Source: an uncultured Nitrospinota bacterium (GTDB lineage Bacteria > Tectomicrobia > Entotheonellia > J063 > CAVPRW01). From it: 64,000 nucleotides of DNA. Position numbers and translations under genes: made by a program. Shown here one piece after another: positions 10,365 through 21,708 of the stretch. The stretch covers positions 145,521-209,520 of the forward strand of contig CAVPRW010000027.1 of assembly GCA_963707985.1 (NCBI GenBank), read 5' to 3'. Numbering within the stretch: the stretch's first letter is position 1; each line of letters starts with the position of its first letter. The notes below the pieces were generated by a model, which was given only the letters and a program-made list of their open reading frames with translations, did no database searches and was not told where the DNA came from.

Positions 10365-10830
10365 GAATTCCCTGGCCACCTTGATGGCTTTGTTGATGAT
10401 GTTGGGGTCAACATGATGTCGACGGGTGACACCGGAACGTGGGTCGACGGAGACGTCCCGGGGGGGAAGGCATACTGCCAGCCCCATATCGTAGCAGTAT
10501 GCAGAGACTTCCGCGCCAGTGCATGGGGCAGGTAGTCTGCACCTTGTCCCTGTGCCACATCCTGCTGATGCAGCATGTTGACCCTCGCCGGTTGGTTTTG
10601 AAGCAACGGGGTAAGCGTCGCGGGAAAGGTGGTGAAGCGGTCCTTATCGCCCTTGCCCGAGCGGACGGTCAGTGGCTTCATCGCAAAGTCGATGTCCTGG
10701 ACTCTGAGCCGGACGGCTTCCATAATGCGTAAGCCGCTCCCGTAAAGCAATTGAGCCACCAGTTGTGGGGTGCCGTCCATGAGCACGAGGACGGTGGCAC
10801 CTTCGTCGCGGGTCATCACCACGCGGATTT
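10365..10830 (-). pseudogene. intI: Integron integrase internal fragment
   Basis: LLYGSGLRIMEAVRLRVQDIDF, GKGDKDR, integron-specific insert LPHALARK...WGWQYAFP, then after a frameshift SVDPRSGVTRRHHVD; N-terminus and HxxR/Tyr region absent. Confidence 0.88.
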
Positions 10831-11112
10831 CTTAGAACGCCACTGGCCCTCACTCAACGAGCTGACAGACTGGCTTGGCATGTCGGAGGAGACCAACAAG
10901 GGGATCTCATACGCTGTCATGCGCAACCTCGGTTTCGATCCACCGGAGCTCGATGCAGACGCCTCACCCTTTCATCGAACGGACGCACAACGGTGGGGCA
11001 CGTTTGCGTGCTCCGTCACGGCAGGCGGCGCCGTTGTGTGCCGTTCATGTCCAACATTCGGCGTCATGCATCCCGCCGAAGTTGCGATGATAATTGATTG
11101 GAAGCTGATCCG

Positions 11113-11796
11113 ATGGCTGCCACAACCGTTACCCTTCTATGCCGATTTGGCCCGTATCTTTTCATCGTCCCAGCCACTACCACGATAGGGGCACTCGCCA
11201 GCACGCTGGCCGGTTCCGTGGCTATGGTTGCGATCGGCGCCGTGATCGGACTGGGCTGGGGTGTGCTCGTAGGGCGCATCGCCGGGTGGCCGGGCCGGCG
11301 AGAGGACTGGGATCTCAAACTGGCGAATCGGTCGATGTTGCTGGCAGTTCTAGCAGCGACCACGCTGTTCGGCGGCTCACTGTTCGCGATGATGCTGTAC
11401 GCCGCAGCGTCGTCGTCGCCCGAGATCGTGCTCATTCTAATGCGGCCGCCGATGAAAGGCGGATTCACGTTCTTCCTGATCTTCAATACGCTAATGGAAT
11501 GGTTGGTGATCCCCCCAGCCGTCTACCTTAACTGGCACCTTTCGCAGCGCAGAATACTCGTTGTCGTCGGGGCTCTTCTGTACTACGCGGCGCGCGTCTG
11601 GACCTACCTCTACTTCGTCCCGAACATCTTCGAGTTTATGGCGACGTCCACCGGCGGCCCACTATCCGCGGAACTGGTGAACCGGGTGACGCGATGGGTG
11701 AACCTGAGCTGGGTCAGGGCAGCCATCGATGGGTTGACAGCTGGGCTCTTCCTAGTGGCTGCCTCGAAGGCCGGCGCGCCGAGGAGCCGCGTATGA
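11113..11796 (+). CDS. Hypothetical multi-pass membrane protein, probable cassette
   Basis: Several hydrophobic helices; GCCGAAC begins 2 nt after the stop; start uncertain. Confidence 0.6.
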   Translation: MAATTVTLLCRFGPYLFIVPATTTIGALASTLAGSVAMVAIGAVIGLGWGVLVGRIAGWPGRREDWDLKLANRSMLLAVLAATTLFGGSLFAMMLYAAASSSPEIVLILMRPPMKGGFTFFLIFNTLMEWLVIPPAVYLNWHLSQRRILVVVGALLYYAARVWTYLYFVPNIFEFMATSTGGPLSAELVNRVTRWVNLSWVRAAIDGLTAGLFLVAASKAGAPRSRV

Positions 11797-11797
11797 C

Positions 11798-11875
11798 GCC
11801 GAACCCCCGCGTCATACGGACCGCCCAACGGCGTCGCCGTTGGGTTCCCATCGCATTTCGCGCAGCGGCCGGCAT
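11798..11875 (+). mobile_element. Incomplete attC-like site
   Basis: GCCGAAC plus hairpin cccaacggcgtcgccgttggg; no clear R' core. Confidence 0.45.
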
Positions 11876-12045
11876 CCTCTGAGCGCCGGCCTGAGGATAA
11901 GGCGTGTTCCCGAAATTATCAACGCAGCTTCGACCGCCATGCGGGGGCCCTTGCGCCTCTCGCACGCGACACGGGCGCCGAGGGATACCCTCGACGCCCG
12001 TGGGCAAGAACCGCGAGGACCGTGACGCTGCTCGCGGAGGACCGC

Positions 12046-12453
12046 CTAGCGCATCGGCGCGGATCGGATCGGGCGCCGGAAGAGATTGCCGAAGACGGGG
12101 TCCGGCAGTTCCTCCTCGAGGACCAGCGTGCCGCGCAGGTTCGTGACATTTCCCGCCGTGGCGATACAGGCAAAGACCCCCGAGCCCGAGTCCGTGACGC
12201 GCGCGACAAGGTTACAGAACTGCCCCGCGCCCAGCGGGCCGGAGCAGTTCGACGTCGCCTCCGTCCCGCCAAAGTCGTTGACGATCTTCAGGGCCACCGT
12301 AAGCGCGGACGTCCCGCCATTGAGGACCACGCAGTGGGCAAGGTCCTGTGAGCTGGTGCCGAAAATCGTCGGACTGGAGATCTGGGCGGCATACGACATG
12401 CCGCCGAGCGCCAGCACCGCGGCGCAGGCCATCGCCAGGATGAGCGTTTTCAT
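12046..12453 (-). CDS. Small secreted Cys-containing protein
   Basis: RBS AAGGAGG; signal peptide MKTLILAMACAAVLALGG; paralog of the neighbouring gene. Confidence 0.7.
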   Translation of the reverse strand: MKTLILAMACAAVLALGGMSYAAQISSPTIFGTSSQDLAHCVVLNGGTSALTVALKIVNDFGGTEATSNCSGPLGAGQFCNLVARVTDSGSGVFACIATAGNVTNLRGTLVLEEELPDPVFGNLFRRPIRSAPMR

Positions 12454-12512
12454 CGCAACCTCCTTACGTTGGTGCATAGGAGTATGCACATGTGGGTGAG
12501 AGGGGCAGGGCC

Positions 12513-12911
12513 TTACCGCAGATCCTCTGCCGCGCGCACCCTGGATTCATGATCAAATTCGCCGATTTCAAGCGTGCCTCGCAACGAGGAGACGTTGGAA
12601 GCCGTCACCTTACAGGCGACGAAGGAGTCATCAGGCAACTCGTCCGTCATCACCATACACGCACCCCCTCCAGCCAGCGGGGCCTGGTTGCAAGTGTCGA
12701 TGTCCATGACACCCACGCCATTGTTCGAGACCAGTGAGACCTGCACGCTGACCGGGGTGGTCCCGGTGTTCAGGATGCGGCACGCCCCATAGATGCCGAC
12801 ATTGATTCGGCCATCGGTCGGCAGCGGGGGGCTGAGGAGCTGCGCCGCCTGTACAAGGCTGGCGAGTCCCAAGAAGACAGCGAAGGCGGTCACAGCAATG
12901 TACGTTCTCAT
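12513..12911 (-). CDS. Small secreted Cys-containing protein
   Basis: RBS AGGAGG; signal peptide MRTYIAVTAFAVFLGLASLVQA; four Cys and LRGTL shared with 12046-12453. Confidence 0.7.
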   Translation of the reverse strand: MRTYIAVTAFAVFLGLASLVQAAQLLSPPLPTDGRINVGIYGACRILNTGTTPVSVQVSLVSNNGVGVMDIDTCNQAPLAGGGACMVMTDELPDDSFVACKVTASNVSSLRGTLEIGEFDHESRVRAAEDLR

Positions 12912-14011
12912 GGAAACCTCCTGACGGTTCATGGTTGAGCCCATGCGCGTGGCTCGGGAGCAGGCTCACCCGAGCCCGATCGAGCACGCGCCACTCGTCT
13001 CATGACAGGGACGCGCGGTGGCCCCGGTACGGGGCCTGCCGTGGGCAGGCAGCTATCCTGCGCTTTCCCCGCCGCTAAATATCACGAGCCCGCTGTCAAC
13101 GAGATCGTCAAACCTCGGCCATCACCTCCTTTCTCGACGCTCGTTGAGAGCCTCTTGCATCGTCTTTCATGAGGCCTCACCCACGAGGCCCCAGCGCCCC
13201 AAGCTTCCCTGAGCCGTGCCGCCCACGTCACCCCTGGCGGTCGTCCCATCTGAGCGCTCTGCCTTCCAGGAGAGGGCAAAACCGATGCCACCCGGCCGGG
13301 TGTACGCTTTGGGCTGTGTTCGCAAGCAGTTGCAGCGCACGAGCGGCTTGGCATGGCCCTGCCCCCCCTGCGACGGCAGTTGACAGGCATACGCCGCCGT
13401 GACCGGCAGGGCACGACCCACCAGGCCCGTCGTCCGGTGCCACTCCGGTCGCCGGTGCAACCTACGTCGCACCCTCCCAGCCCTGGGGCAATGATTTCGT
13501 GCGGTGGGGACCGATCGCACCCGCGCCGCGTCGCACGGGGCCATCGCCGATGTGCCCTGTGTGGCACGGGGGACCAAGCTCGCCACCACATCCTTGACCT
13601 CAGTGGGGAATGATACCGACCGTATCTAGAGGCGCGAACCCCTGGCCGCGCATCCAATATAATGCTCCCTGATCGTGGATAGGTGAGCGCTGGTGAGGAG
13701 GCCCGAATAGTGGCCCAATTCCGAGGGATCAGGACACATCGGCCTGATACGCCGTGGTGAGGCGTGTACGTTGACTATTGAGGTCATCAAAACATGGAAA
13801 GCATCGAAAGCATTCTCAACGTTTTTCAGCAGCTTGACTGGCGCTCGATATTCGACTTTATTCCCATCGCTGCATGCATTGCCGCGGCTGTCACGCTCGG
13901 CAGTACCATTGCCGCACGAAAGCAGGCTCAAAGGGCTTTGACCATCCATCTTCACGAGTATTATCTCAGTGCAGACTTCCATGCCAAAGTCAGGGCCCCT
14001 GCGTACCAGGT

Positions 14012-14200
14012 GGTGGTGTCAACTGTTGCACCACGAAGGTGAGTTTGGATGCGTGCTCGGTGATGGCTCGTTTCCGCCGCCGCTAGCAGCTCCATCAAAT
14101 GGGCAAAAGAGGTACCGCCACCGCTCTTGGACGGGCACAGAGGTCTCATCGACGTACCAACTCTTGCTGGCGGTGCCCCGGCGTTTCTTCCGTAGGCACG
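14012..14200 (-). mobile_element. IS6-family transposase remnant
   Basis: KSWYVDETSVPVQERWRYLF resembles IS6 WxVDETYVxVxGxWxYLY; possible end GGTGGTGTCAAC truncates ORF 13794. Confidence 0.55.
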
Positions 14201-14224
14201 CTATCGACACAGGGGCCAGCCGGG

Positions 14225-14430
14225 CCTCCTATGCGCGGGCTCCAGCCACTCATGAGGGTGTACAGGCCAAGGGCAAACAGGGGTAGACACCCCCCTTGGG
14301 CCGGCGTCAATCCAGTGTAGGTGGCATCGCCAAGGTGTAGACAATCCAGGCAGAAACGGACGACGGGATAACTTGTGGCGGGCAACGCAACGACGAAGTC
14401 GTCGAAGCATTTCCGGTGGCGGATCGCCAG
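14225..14430 (-). pseudogene. Degenerate inverted copy of the 3' end of the Lgt-like gene
   Basis: FDDFVVALPATSYPVVRFCLDCLHLGDATYTGLTPAQGGCLPLFALGLYT vs FDGFVVAVTATTYALVRFGLDFLRVGDTTYAALTLAQWGCLPLFALGVHT. Confidence 0.85.
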
Positions 14431-14552
14431 CGTGATGATGGAGGGATACGCTGACGCGGTCGGTGCCACCGGAGAAGGTCGGCGTCATTCCCCACTGAGG
14501 TCAAGGAGGTTGTGACGTGATTTGCGGGGAGGCCTGGTGACTGGGGGATGGC

Positions 14553-15992
14553 TCAGGCGTGCGGCCGTCCTGGAAGCGGTTGGCGGCGCCGGAGGCGTTT
14601 ATTCAGCGCCTGGCGCGACATCCCCAGCAGGCCAGCGGCCACGCCCTGATTGCCGGCGGCCTGCTGCAGGGCGGCGGCCATCAGGGCCTCTTCAGCCTCG
14701 TGCAAGGTGGGGAGGGGCGCTTGGTCCCACGCCTGCCGGGCGGGCAGCGCCGGGGCGGCCAACGGCTCCCTAGCCAGCAGAGGACGCGATGCCCCGATCG
14801 CTTCCTTGAAGGCCTGCAGCGCGAGACTCCCGCCCTGATGGCGGGCCACGGCGTCAAAGACCATGGCTTCCAACTCGCGCACGTTGCCTGGGAAGGCGTA
14901 GGTGTTGAGGAGCTGGTAGAGGGCCAGCGGCGGGATGGGGACAGGCTTGTGCAGTGCCGCGGCCGCTTTGGCCAGACAGTGGTTGACCAGGAGCGCGATG
15001 TCTTCCCGGCGGGCCCGCAACGGCGGGATCTCGAGATGATGGGCCCGCAAACGGTAATAGAGGTCCTTGCGAAACGTGCCCGTGTGCACGTCCTGCACCA
15101 CGTCACGGTTGGTGGCCACCACCACGCGGGCCCGACTCTGCCGCGGGTGGTCTGCCCCGAGGGGATAGTAGGTGCCCTCTTGCAGGAGGCGCAGTAGTTT
15201 GACCTGGGAGACCGCCGCCAGGTCGCCAATCTCGTCCAGAAACAGGGTGCCCTCCTCCGCATGGGTGATCAAGCCATCGCGCGGCCGGTCGGCCCCGGTA
15301 AACGCTCCCCGCGCATGCCCAAACAGCGTGTCGGAAAACACCTGATCGTCGAGACCAGCCACATTGACCGCCACAAAGTCCCCGCGGGGTGCAGCGAGCC
15401 GATGCACGGCCCGCGCCATCAGCTCCTTGCCCGTCCCCGTTTCTCCGGTGATGAGCACCGGCTGCGGCGACCGGGCAATGGCTTCGACATAGCGAAAGAG
15501 CGCGTGCATGGTCTGGTTCTGGGTGACAATCTCCGCAAAGGCGTCGGGCTGGTGCGGTGTGTCACTGAGCAGGCGCTCCTTGAGCGATACCACCTCCTCC
15601 CGCAGGGCACGTAGCTCCAGGGCGCGTCGCACGGACGACACCAGACGGTTCTTGTCCACCGGTTTCACCAGGTAGTCGAGGGCGCCAGTCTGCATACACT
15701 GGACCGCCGTCTCCAGGTCATGCGTGGCCGTCATGACGATGGCGGGTATGTCCGGGTAGGTCGCGGTGATCTGCTCCAGGAGCGCCTGACCCGACAGGTA
15801 CGGCATGGTCAGGTCGAGCACCACCACCCCGATGGTGTTTTCTGCCAACTGGGACAAGACCAGACGGCTGTCGTCCAGGGTGAGGACGGGCGTCATCCCC
15901 GCGGCGCGGAGGAGCAGACTCGCACTGCGGAGCAAGGATGGCTCATCGTCCACTAACAGGACAGGATGCTGGGAGACGGCTGGGGTCGGCAT
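14553..15992 (-). CDS. Sigma54-dependent response regulator (NtrC family)
   Basis: REC domain (LLVDDE, LDLTMP), Walker [30 protein letters not shown], Fis HTH. Confidence 0.95.
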   Translation of the reverse strand: MPTPAVSQHPVLLVDDEPSLLRSASLLLRAAGMTPVLTLDDSRLVLSQLAENTIGVVVLDLTMPYLSGQALLEQITATYPDIPAIVMTATHDLETAVQCMQTGALDYLVKPVDKNRLVSSVRRALELRALREEVVSLKERLLSDTPHQPDAFAEIVTQNQTMHALFRYVEAIARSPQPVLITGETGTGKELMARAVHRLAAPRGDFVAVNVAGLDDQVFSDTLFGHARGAFTGADRPRDGLITHAEEGTLFLDEIGDLAAVSQVKLLRLLQEGTYYPLGADHPRQSRARVVVATNRDVVQDVHTGTFRKDLYYRLRAHHLEIPPLRARREDIALLVNHCLAKAAAALHKPVPIPPLALYQLLNTYAFPGNVRELEAMVFDAVARHQGGSLALQAFKEAIGASRPLLAREPLAAPALPARQAWDQAPLPTLHEAEEALMAAALQQAAGNQGVAAGLLGMSRQALNKRLRRRQPLPGRPHA

Positions 15993-16226
15993 ACGCTACC
16001 TCGATTCAGCGCGGCAGGCTACCGCCGCAAACAGGATGGGATTGGCAACAGGCAGGGTGACGCACGCACATGTGCCGTGCACCTCCTACCTGAGAGAAAC
16101 ATACCCCCAGCCAGAGACTCCTGCCTGAGATGGAGCGAAGATTTACCTAAGATCTTGCGAAGATTTTGGTACAATCTTGCGGAGAGCGAAGACCGCACCG
16201 CGCGACTGCCATGGGAGGATGGGACT

Positions 16227-18961
16227 ATGCAGGAGACTCGCGTGCTAGAGTTCGTGCCTTTTCGCCTCGACCTGGGTGCCGAGCGCCTGTGGCGGGACGT
16301 CCAGGCGGTGCCGCTGACGGCCAAAGCCTTTGCGGTGCTGCGCTACCTCGTGATCCATGCAGGCCGCCTTGTCACCAGAGACGAACTCTTCGAGGCCGTG
16401 TGGGCGTCTGCCCGTCGTGAGTGACGCCGCCCTCACTGTGTGCATTGGCGAGATTCGCCGTGCGTTGGGGGACACCGCGCGAACGCCACAGTTTCTGGAA
16501 ACCGTGCGTGGGCGGGGCTATCGGTTCTGTGCCCCCGTACGGGTTGCACCCGCCACCCTGGGGTGGCCCGCCGGGGGCGCTTTGCCTGGGCCTGTCCGCC
16601 AGCCAGAGCTCCTGGTGGGACGGGAGGCGGAGCTGGCCCAGCTGCAGCAGTGGTGGGCGGAGACACAACAGGGAGTGCGGCACATCGTCATGGTCACCGG
16701 GGAGACGGGAATTGGCAAGACCACCCTGGTGGATGTCTTTGTGGCACAGGTGACGGCCACGGCGGAAGCGTGGCTGGGGCAGGGGCAGTGCATTGAGCAA
16801 TACGGCACGGGCGAAGCGTATCTCCCGCTGCTGGAAGCCTTAGGGCACGTTGAGCAGGGCCCGGAGGGAGCGCGCCTGGTGGAGCTGTTACGCCAGCAGG
16901 CGCCGAGTTGGCTGCTGCAGATGCCGTCCCTGGTGCCGGAAGGGGAATACGAGACACTCCAGCGACGGGGGGGTGGGGTCACACGTGAGCGGATGCTGCG
17001 AGAGTTGACGGAGGCGGTGGAGGTGCTCACGGCGGTGCGGCCGCTGCTGCTGGTGCTGGAAGATCTGCACTGGAGTGATGCGGCAACCCTGGACTGGCTG
17101 GCGTATATCGCCCGGCGCCGCCAGGCGGCGCGACTCCTGGTGCTGGGCACGTATCGGCCCATGGAGGCGATGGTGCACGGGCATTCGGTGTACCCGGTCA
17201 CCCAGGACCTACTGCTGCATGGCCAGGGGGCGAAGCTGGTCGTGGGGTATTTACCCGTCACCGCCGTGCGCATGTATGTAGCCCAGCGCTTCGGGATGCC
17301 GTCCCTACCGGAGGGCCTCGCCGAGATCCTGCACCAGCGGACCAGTGGGAATCCCCTGTTTTTGGTCACCGTGGTCGACGAGTTGGTGCGGCAGGGGGTG
17401 GTCCGCAAGGGACCCGAAGGTTGGACTCTCAACGGTGGGTTGGCTGCGGTGGCGGGGTTGGTACCGGAGCGCTTGCGGCAGCTCATCGAGCGCCAGGGCG
17501 CCCAGCTGCCCCCGGCAGAGCAGCGGCTGCTGGAAGCGGCGAGTGTGGTAGGGGTGGAGTTCACGACTGTGACGGTGGCGGCCGGGCTCGGGAGCGACGG
17601 GGATGAAGTCGAAGAGGGCTGTGCCCGGCTGGCGCGGCGCGAGCAGTTTCTGCGGGCGGCGGGGAACAGACTCGGATTGTGGCGGCAGTCCTGGCAGAAC
17701 ATTTTGAGAGGGGGGGGGACCATGTGCGGGCCGTGCAGTATCTCCGGCAGGCTGCGCAGAACGCCCTGCGTCGCTCTGCCCACCGCGAGGCTGTGCAGTA
17801 TTACGATCGCGCCCTGCAGACGCTTGAACACCTCCCGCAGCCGCACGACGCCCGCGCGCAGGCCATCGATCTACATCTGGAGCTGCGCAATGCGCTGATA
17901 CCGCTGGGAGACTATGCCCGCATCCTGGCCCACCTGCAGGAAGCCGAACGCCTCTCACACGCGCTGCCCGATCAACCCCGGCTGGGACTGATCACCTCGT
18001 ATATGACGCATCATTTCTTCCAATTGGGTGAGCTCGATCAGGCGCTCGCCTATGGCCAGCGTGCCTTGGCCGCGGCCGGCGACGATCTCACGGTGCAAAT
18101 CCCGACACAGTTGTATCTGGGCTATGCGTATCATGCGCGGGGGGACTATCCCCAGGCCATTGAGATGCTTGGCAAGAATATGGCCTGCCTCGCTGGGGCG
18201 CGGCAGTATGACCATTTTGCCTCGCGCCCCTCCCCATCGTGTCCTCTGGCTCGAGGTTGGCCGTCTGTTGTGCTGAGTTGGGCGAGTTTCCGCAGGGCCT
18301 TGCCTATGGAGAAGAGGCGCTGCAGATTGCTGAGGCGGCTGGTCATACGGTCAGCCTGATCCAAGCCTGTCGCGGTCTTGGCGTGCTCTATCTCCAGAGA
18401 GGTGACTTTGCGCAGGCCATCCCGCTGCTGGAGCGCAGCCTAGCCCTGTCGCGGGACGCCGGCCTGGCCTTTGAGCTGCATGTGGCGGCTTCCTCCCTGG
18501 GGTCTGCCTATGCGGGCTCAGGACGCCTGACGGAGGCCCTACCGCTCCTGGAGCAGGCTGTAGAGCAGGCGACGTCCATGGCACGGGTCGTCCAGCAGTC
18601 CCTCTGGCTCGTCAGGCTGGGCGAGGGGTATCCGCTCGCCGGTCGCCAGCAAGATGTGCTGCCGCTGGCGCAGAGGGCTCTTGGCCTGGCCCGCACCCAC
18701 AAGGAACGTGGCGCAGAGGCGTGGGCCTTACGGCTCCGCGGAGCGCTCGCGGCCTCCGGGGCTGCCTCGGATGTGGCGGAGGCGGAAACCTACTATCGGC
18801 AGGCTATGACGCGAGCCCGTGACCTCGGGATGCGTCCACTCCTGGCCCATGCTACTCTCGGGTTAGGCACACTGTACCATCACGCGGGCAGGGCGTGGAG
18901 GCGCACGCATGCTCTCCACGGCTCTCGCCCTGTTTGCCGCGATGGGGATGACCTCCTGTGA
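16227..18961 (+). pseudogene. wHTH (OmpR-type)-AAA ATPase-TPR regulator, several frameshifts and an internal deletion
   Basis: ETVRGRGYRF, GETGIGKTT, LEDLHWSD, GNPLF, TPR-like C-terminus; split over four ORFs. Confidence 0.8.
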
Positions 18962-19083
18962 CGTCCAAACCTGACGATGCCCGAGAATGTGTCGGCAAGG
19001 ATTGCCCAGCGAGCCATGTGACATGGAATCCCTGGCCAATACTCTAAAGGTTGGCATCTTGCCGGGAAGACCTGTCGCTGGCG

Positions 19084-19854
19084 CTATAGGTCCCTGGAGA
19101 CTCGGCTGACCCGATCGTTCCAGATGCCGTCCCGCTGGGGCGCTCTTCCCCGCAGCACATCCTGAAAGTGAGACAGGGTATGCAGCGCGGGGCGGTTGGT
19201 CATTTCGTCAATGAGCTCGTCCGGAATGCTGGGATGTTCCCGTCCCATGGCGCAGTATGCGTAATAATTCATTCGAGCTTGCTCTTCGAGCTGGAGCATG
19301 GCGGTGACCGATTGCGCTAAACTGTCGCCCGTCGTCACGGCCCCATGTCCCTGGAGGATGATCACGCTCCCGTCTCCTAAGAGCTGCGCCACTTCCATAC
19401 CTTCTTCGTCGCTCTGAATCGTCTTGACATGGGGATAAACCGGCAACGGGTGTTGGACCAGGTGAATCCCCTCCTGACACATCGGCACCAGGGGAATGCC
19501 CAGAACACTCAGCAACACAATGAGTCGGGGATGGACATGTACCACCGACTGCACGTCCGGCCGGGTTTTATAGATGCACGAGTGAATTTTGACTTCCGAG
19601 CACTGGGTGATCCCGGGCGGCCCGTCGACCAGAAAGCCTTCTGTGTCGCACACGACCATATCCTCGGCACGCATGACGGCCAACGCGTCCAGAGCGTATT
19701 GACGACCTTTGACCACAAAGCATTCAGGCTGGGAGGGCACCCGCAGGCTGGCATGCCCTAGAGCCGAGGTGACCCCGCTTGCCAGTCCGACGTCGGAGAG
19801 GACGCGGTTGGCCTGAGCGACCTGCAACTTGATCTCCTCCAGTTCGTTAGCCAT
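19084..19854 (-). CDS. Class II aldolase/adducin family protein
   Basis: GHASLR, EVKIHSCIYKTRPDVQSVVHVHP, LQGHGAV. Confidence 0.9.
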   Translation of the reverse strand: MANELEEIKLQVAQANRVLSDVGLASGVTSALGHASLRVPSQPECFVVKGRQYALDALAVMRAEDMVVCDTEGFLVDGPPGITQCSEVKIHSCIYKTRPDVQSVVHVHPRLIVLLSVLGIPLVPMCQEGIHLVQHPLPVYPHVKTIQSDEEGMEVAQLLGDGSVIILQGHGAVTTGDSLAQSVTAMLQLEEQARMNYYAYCAMGREHPSIPDELIDEMTNRPALHTLSHFQDVLRGRAPQRDGIWNDRVSRVSRDL

Positions 19855-19908
19855 ATGGCACCTTTCTGTCACAAGGATCGACCGCAGCTCTGGGGCACGT
19901 GTTGCTGC

Positions 19909-21708
19909 TCATGCTAGAGGGTTTTCCTCAGCGGCGTAGGTGCCGGCGATGTAGCCCTGGGCCGTGCAGCGGCCCAGCCCATGTTGGTTGAACCCACCCG
20001 CGGATTCACCCCCGCAATAGAGGCCTGGAATCACCTGACCCTGCAGATCCAGCACCTGGCACTTGGCATTGATGCGCAGACCGGCGCGCGTGTCATGCAC
20101 CAGTGGTGTGGCCCAGGCGGCATAGTACGGTGGCGTCTGGATCTTATACTGTGGGGTGGGCTTGCCGAAATCCGCATCCACCCCAGCATCGACAAAGTGG
20201 TTATAGCGCGCTACCGTCGCCTCCAGGGTAGCGCCGTCCATGGGCCTGGCCTGATAGGGATTGGTGATAGCAGCGGCCAGCGCCGTAAGAGTGTTGGCCT
20301 GGAACCAGTAGCCGTCCGGATCGACGTAGGGTGGGGTGACCTGCCAGCCCTCACGGGCCACCGTATCCGCATCAAATATCGCCCAGACGGGGCCCGCCGC
20401 ATAGTCGGGTGCCGCCGAGGCCTCATTCATCGCAGCGGCTGCGTTAAAGTAATTGTAGGGGGTGGGATCGTAGGTGACACGGGCGATATTGCGGTAGTCT
20501 CCCGGCGTGTACGGCTGGAGGTCGTTGTAGACATTGCCATGGGGGTAGTCGCCCTTGCTCTCATCGTAAAAGCGCTGACCCAGCTGGTTGACCAGGATGA
20601 GGTCCTGCCAGTTCTTGACCGCGAGGCCGGTCGCCCGTACGAGAGGGAAGATGGGGCAGTTCACATCCCACACGAAATAGTTGTACCGCGTCCCCATGGC
20701 ATGGTGCGATCGAATGGTTGCGCCATTTTCCAGCATCTGGTTCCCCAGACCCCAGAGGGAGGCGCCAATGGTCATGGCCGCCAGCTCGCCGCTAGCGTCC
20801 TGGTAGGTATAGGGTTCGCCGCCCACCTGATAAACCTCGGTCAAGCGCGGATCGAACATGCGCCGGAAGTGCACATTACTGGTGTTACCCCCAGTGGCAA
20901 GGATGACGGCTTTGGTGGCACGGATGGCGACGCGCGGTTGGGTGAGGTCGAGGTTACCATCGGCGCGGTAGCTCTGCAGCGGTTCCGTCTCGCCGGGTAG
21001 GATACGTGGCGTATACGTCGCGGTGAGGCCGACCACCCGGCCGGGGTGGCCCTCAACGGACGCTGGCCGTACGAGGCGCGCCATTTTATAGTTCAGGAGA
21101 AACTTGACACCTTTGGCCCGGGCGCTGGCCTCCAATGCCCGGATCAACCCCGCGCCACCGCGGCCACTGGGGCTTCCGAGCCCGGCGCCGTCGGTCCAGA
21201 AGGCATGGTTCTCGCGCGGCGCCGAGTTGCCCGTGTTGTGCGCCCCGGCATTATCTGGAGGGACCTCTTTAAACTTGACGCCATTGGAAACGAGAAATTC
21301 ATACGTGGCGGCGCAATGATCGGCGAAGGCTCGAATGACGGCGCGATCATTATACCGGTAATCTGGCCAGCCATTGGGCTGGACGATAGACCAATCGGTC
21401 AGATCGGCGAAGACGGTCTCCGGCGAATCCTCGATGCCATATTTTTTCTGCGCACTCGTGCCGCCGCCCAGCGGGACATTTCCGCCGCTCACGATCGCAT
21501 GCCCGCCGACATCGTAGTTGGCTTCGACCACGATCACCGACGCCCCCGCATCCGCGGCCCGAATCGCCGCGGGCAGCCCGGTGGCTCCAGCGCCAATAAT
21601 CACCACATCCGCTTCCAGGTCCCAACTAGCGGGCATGGGGCCAATACCCGCACCTAAGGCACCCAAACCGAAGATTTCAGTCCCACCGTCGTCTGCACCT
21701 GTCGCCAT
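19909..21708 (-). CDS. FAD-dependent oxidoreductase (fumarate reductase/3-ketosteroid dehydrogenase flavoprotein family)
   Basis: DVVIIGAGATG, KAVILATGG, IPGLYCGGE; RBS GGAG before MATGADD. Confidence 0.88.
   Translation of the reverse strand: MATGADDGGTEIFGLGALGAGIGPMPASWDLEADVVIIGAGATGLPAAIRAADAGASVIVVEANYDVGGHAIVSGGNVPLGGGTSAQKKYGIEDSPETVFADLTDWSIVQPNGWPDYRYNDRAVIRAFADHCAATYEFLVSNGVKFKEVPPDNAGAHNTGNSAPRENHAFWTDGAGLGSPSGRGGAGLIRALEASARAKGVKFLLNYKMARLVRPASVEGHPGRVVGLTATYTPRILPGETEPLQSYRADGNLDLTQPRVAIRATKAVILATGGNTSNVHFRRMFDPRLTEVYQVGGEPYTYQDASGELAAMTIGASLWGLGNQMLENGATIRSHHAMGTRYNYFVWDVNCPIFPLVRATGLAVKNWQDLILVNQLGQRFYDESKGDYPHGNVYNDLQPYTPGDYRNIARVTYDPTPYNYFNAAAAMNEASAAPDYAAGPVWAIFDADTVAREGWQVTPPYVDPDGYWFQANTLTALAAAITNPYQARPMDGATLEATVARYNHFVDAGVDADFGKPTPQYKIQTPPYYAAWATPLVHDTRAGLRINAKCQVLDLQGQVIPGLYCGGESAGGFNQHGLGRCTAQGYIAGTYAAEENPLA

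Larger units (their letters stand above)
13591..14507. repeat. 31-bp inverted repeat pair (13591-13621 and 14477-14507)
   Basis: tccttgacctcagtggggaatgataccgacc vs reverse complement tccttgacctcagtggggaatgacgccgacc, 29/31 identical. Confidence 0.8.
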
